Made by a program: the position numbers and the translations under genes. The notes beneath the pieces are model-generated. The model worked only from the letters and a program-made list of their open reading frames with translations, ran no database searches and had not been told where the DNA came from. 64,000 nt of DNA from an uncultured Armatimonadia bacterium (lineage in GTDB: Bacteria; Armatimonadota; Zipacnadia; UBA1398; CAZMGT01): assembly GCA_964565895.1 (NCBI GenBank), contig CAZMGT010000015.1:93-64092 (forward strand), written 5' to 3'. Positions 62,566 through 64,000 of the stretch are shown here, piece by piece; positions within the stretch are counted from its first letter, which is position 1, and each line of letters starts with the position of its first letter.

Positions 62566-63768
62566 ATGACCGACGAGCTGCGCGAGCGAGCGCGGGAGCT
62601 TAAGCGAGAGCTGCGCGAGACCTGTGGCGTGGCGCGCGGGGAGGCGCGCGTTGTCCTCTCCCCCTACCGCGTCTGCCCCATCGGGGCCCACGTAGACCAC
62701 CAGCTTGGCCTAGTTTGCGGAATGGCCATTAACCGCAGCGTGCTCTTGGCCTATGCCCCGAGCGGCACGGGCGAGGTCCGCCTGCGCAGCAGGGACTTCC
62801 CCGGCGAGGTGCGCTTTTCGCTAGACGACATTCCGCCGGCGCGCGGGGAGGACTGGGGAAACTACGTCCGCGGGGCGGCGCTGGCCCTCAAGCGCGAACA
62901 TACGCTTAAGCAGGGGATCGTCGGCCTCGTCGCCGGGAGCATGCCCATCGGGGGGCTGAGCTCGTCCGCTGCGGTGGGCATCGCCTATCTCTTCGCGTTG
63001 GAGGAGGCGAACTCTCTCGCGCTTGACGCGAAGGCGAATATCCGCTTGATGCAGGTTATCGAAAACGAATACATTGGCCTAAACAACGGGATCCTCGACC
63101 AGTCGATGATCCTCCTCAGCGAGCGGGGGCGCCTGGTGAGCTTGGACTGCCTCACCGAGGAGGGCGAGACCGTGGCCCCGGGCGCGGCGATGCCCCAGTT
63201 CGCCATTGCCGTAGTCTACTCCGGGGTGAGCGAAGCGCTCGTGTCTACAGACTATAACCGCCGGGTGGCGGAGTGCGAGGAGGCGGCGCGGCTTTTGCTG
63301 CGCGCCGCAGGGCTGGAGGCGCCGCCGGGCGCCAAGCTACGCCACGTTCCGCGCGAGGTGTTCGAAGCTTACGCCCGCGAGCTGCCGCACAATCTGCGCC
63401 GGCGAGCGACACACTTTTTCGGCGAGCTTAAGCGTGTGGAGCAAGGAGTTGCCGCGTGGCGCGCGGGGGATCTTACGCGCTTTGGAGAGTTAGTTAGCGC
63501 CTCGGGCGAGAGCTCGATCGTCAACTACGAGTGCGGCTCGCCGGAGCTGACGGAGATCTATCGCCTGCTCCTCGCCTGCGAGGGGGTATATGGGGCGCGG
63601 TTTAGCGGGGCCGGCTTTCGCGGTTCGTGCATCGCGCTCTGCTCTCCGGAGGCGGAGGAGGAGATTCGCCGCGCGATGGAGGAGGAATACGCGCGCAAAT
63701 TCCCAAAATTGGCGGGGAGTTTTGAAGTTCACCTGTGTTCCCCAGACGACGGAGCGAGATTTGTATGA
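62566..63768 (+). CDS. GHMP kinase of galactokinase fold, most similar in motifs to plant galacturonokinase (GalAK)
   Basis: SPYRVCPIGAHVDHQ, GGLSSSAAV, ENEYIGLNNGILDQ, DYNRRVAECEEAA, SSIVNYECG, GVYGARFSGAGFRG. Confidence 0.85.
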   Translation: MTDELRERARELKRELRETCGVARGEARVVLSPYRVCPIGAHVDHQLGLVCGMAINRSVLLAYAPSGTGEVRLRSRDFPGEVRFSLDDIPPARGEDWGNYVRGAALALKREHTLKQGIVGLVAGSMPIGGLSSSAAVGIAYLFALEEANSLALDAKANIRLMQVIENEYIGLNNGILDQSMILLSERGRLVSLDCLTEEGETVAPGAAMPQFAIAVVYSGVSEALVSTDYNRRVAECEEAARLLLRAAGLEAPPGAKLRHVPREVFEAYARELPHNLRRRATHFFGELKRVEQGVAAWRAGDLTRFGELVSASGESSIVNYECGSPELTEIYRLLLACEGVYGARFSGAGFRGSCIALCSPEAEEEIRRAMEEEYARKFPKLAGSFEVHLCSPDDGARFV

Positions 63769-64000
63769 AGTCCATCATCCTTGCCGCAGGCTATGCTACG
63801 CGGATGTATCCGCTCACGCGCGACTTCCCCAAGCCACTCCTGCCTTTGGGGAAGACAACGATCCTCGACCTGTGCCTGGAGCAGGTGGCCGACGTGCCCC
63901 AGGTGGATGCCGTGTATATCGTTTCCAACAACCGGTTTATCGAGCACTTTCGGCGCTGGCTTGCCCAGCGCAAGGCGGACGACGGCCTGCCCATTGAGCT
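63765..64000 (+). CDS. Sugar-1-phosphate nucleotidyltransferase (NTP_transferase family), 3'-truncated by the window edge
   Basis: MKSIILAAGYATRMYPLTRDFPKPLLP...IVSNNRF; ATGA overlap with the kinase stop. Confidence 0.92.
   Translation, partial: MKSIILAAGYATRMYPLTRDFPKPLLPLGKTTILDLCLEQVADVPQVDAVYIVSNNRFIEHFRRWLAQRKADDGLPIE

Noticed and set aside
1608-63768. Stop-codon reassignment (TGA read-through)
   Set aside because: Genes ending in TGA (eda, abiEii, chromate subunit, kinase) have normal full-length C-termini, and I saw no family truncated at an in-frame TGA.
73-63997. Hundreds of long overlapping alternative-frame ORFs in the track (e.g. 3122-4390, 12115-13953, 53841-55553, 59489-61504)
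   Set aside because: They are Arg/Ala/Pro/Gly-rich shadow ORFs opposite or overlapping well-supported genes, as expected at high GC, and show no family motifs.

Overview
A 64-kb chromosomal window from a high-GC bacterium. The gene repertoire (DUF6785 transporter, URO-D-like and sulfatase-like proteins, DUF1080, Tat-exported Gfo/Idh/MocA) resembles Armatimonadota or Planctomycetota-type organisms, which is an inference. I support about 50 CDSs, mostly carbohydrate handling (glycoside hydrolase-like proteins, sugar ABC components, oxidoreductases, isomerases, alkaline-phosphatase-superfamily enzymes) plus housekeeping genes (eda, HIT, tldD/tldE, chromate pair, PilB/GspE ATPase). I found no rRNA, tRNA, CRISPR array, integrase or transposase. 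Main highlights: (1) a kinase with plant galacturonokinase-type motifs coupled to a nucleotidyltransferase, ending a roughly 11-kb co-oriented cluster that starts with two tandem ~925-aa secreted lectin-fold paralogs and lies divergent from an orphan MshEN-PilB/GspE ATPase; (2) a Hel308/Ski2-like helicase fused to an OmpR-type winged helix, with a LexA-box-like palindrome in its promoter spacer; (3) a stand-alone AbiEi/AbiEii islet next to a candidate ~160-nt structured RNA with anti-Shine-Dalgarno-like repeats; (4) sulfatase-fold enzymes with Thr at the nucleophile position; (5) strong amber stop preference (35 of 49 stops by hand count). All family assignments come from motif recognition by eye, not database searches.
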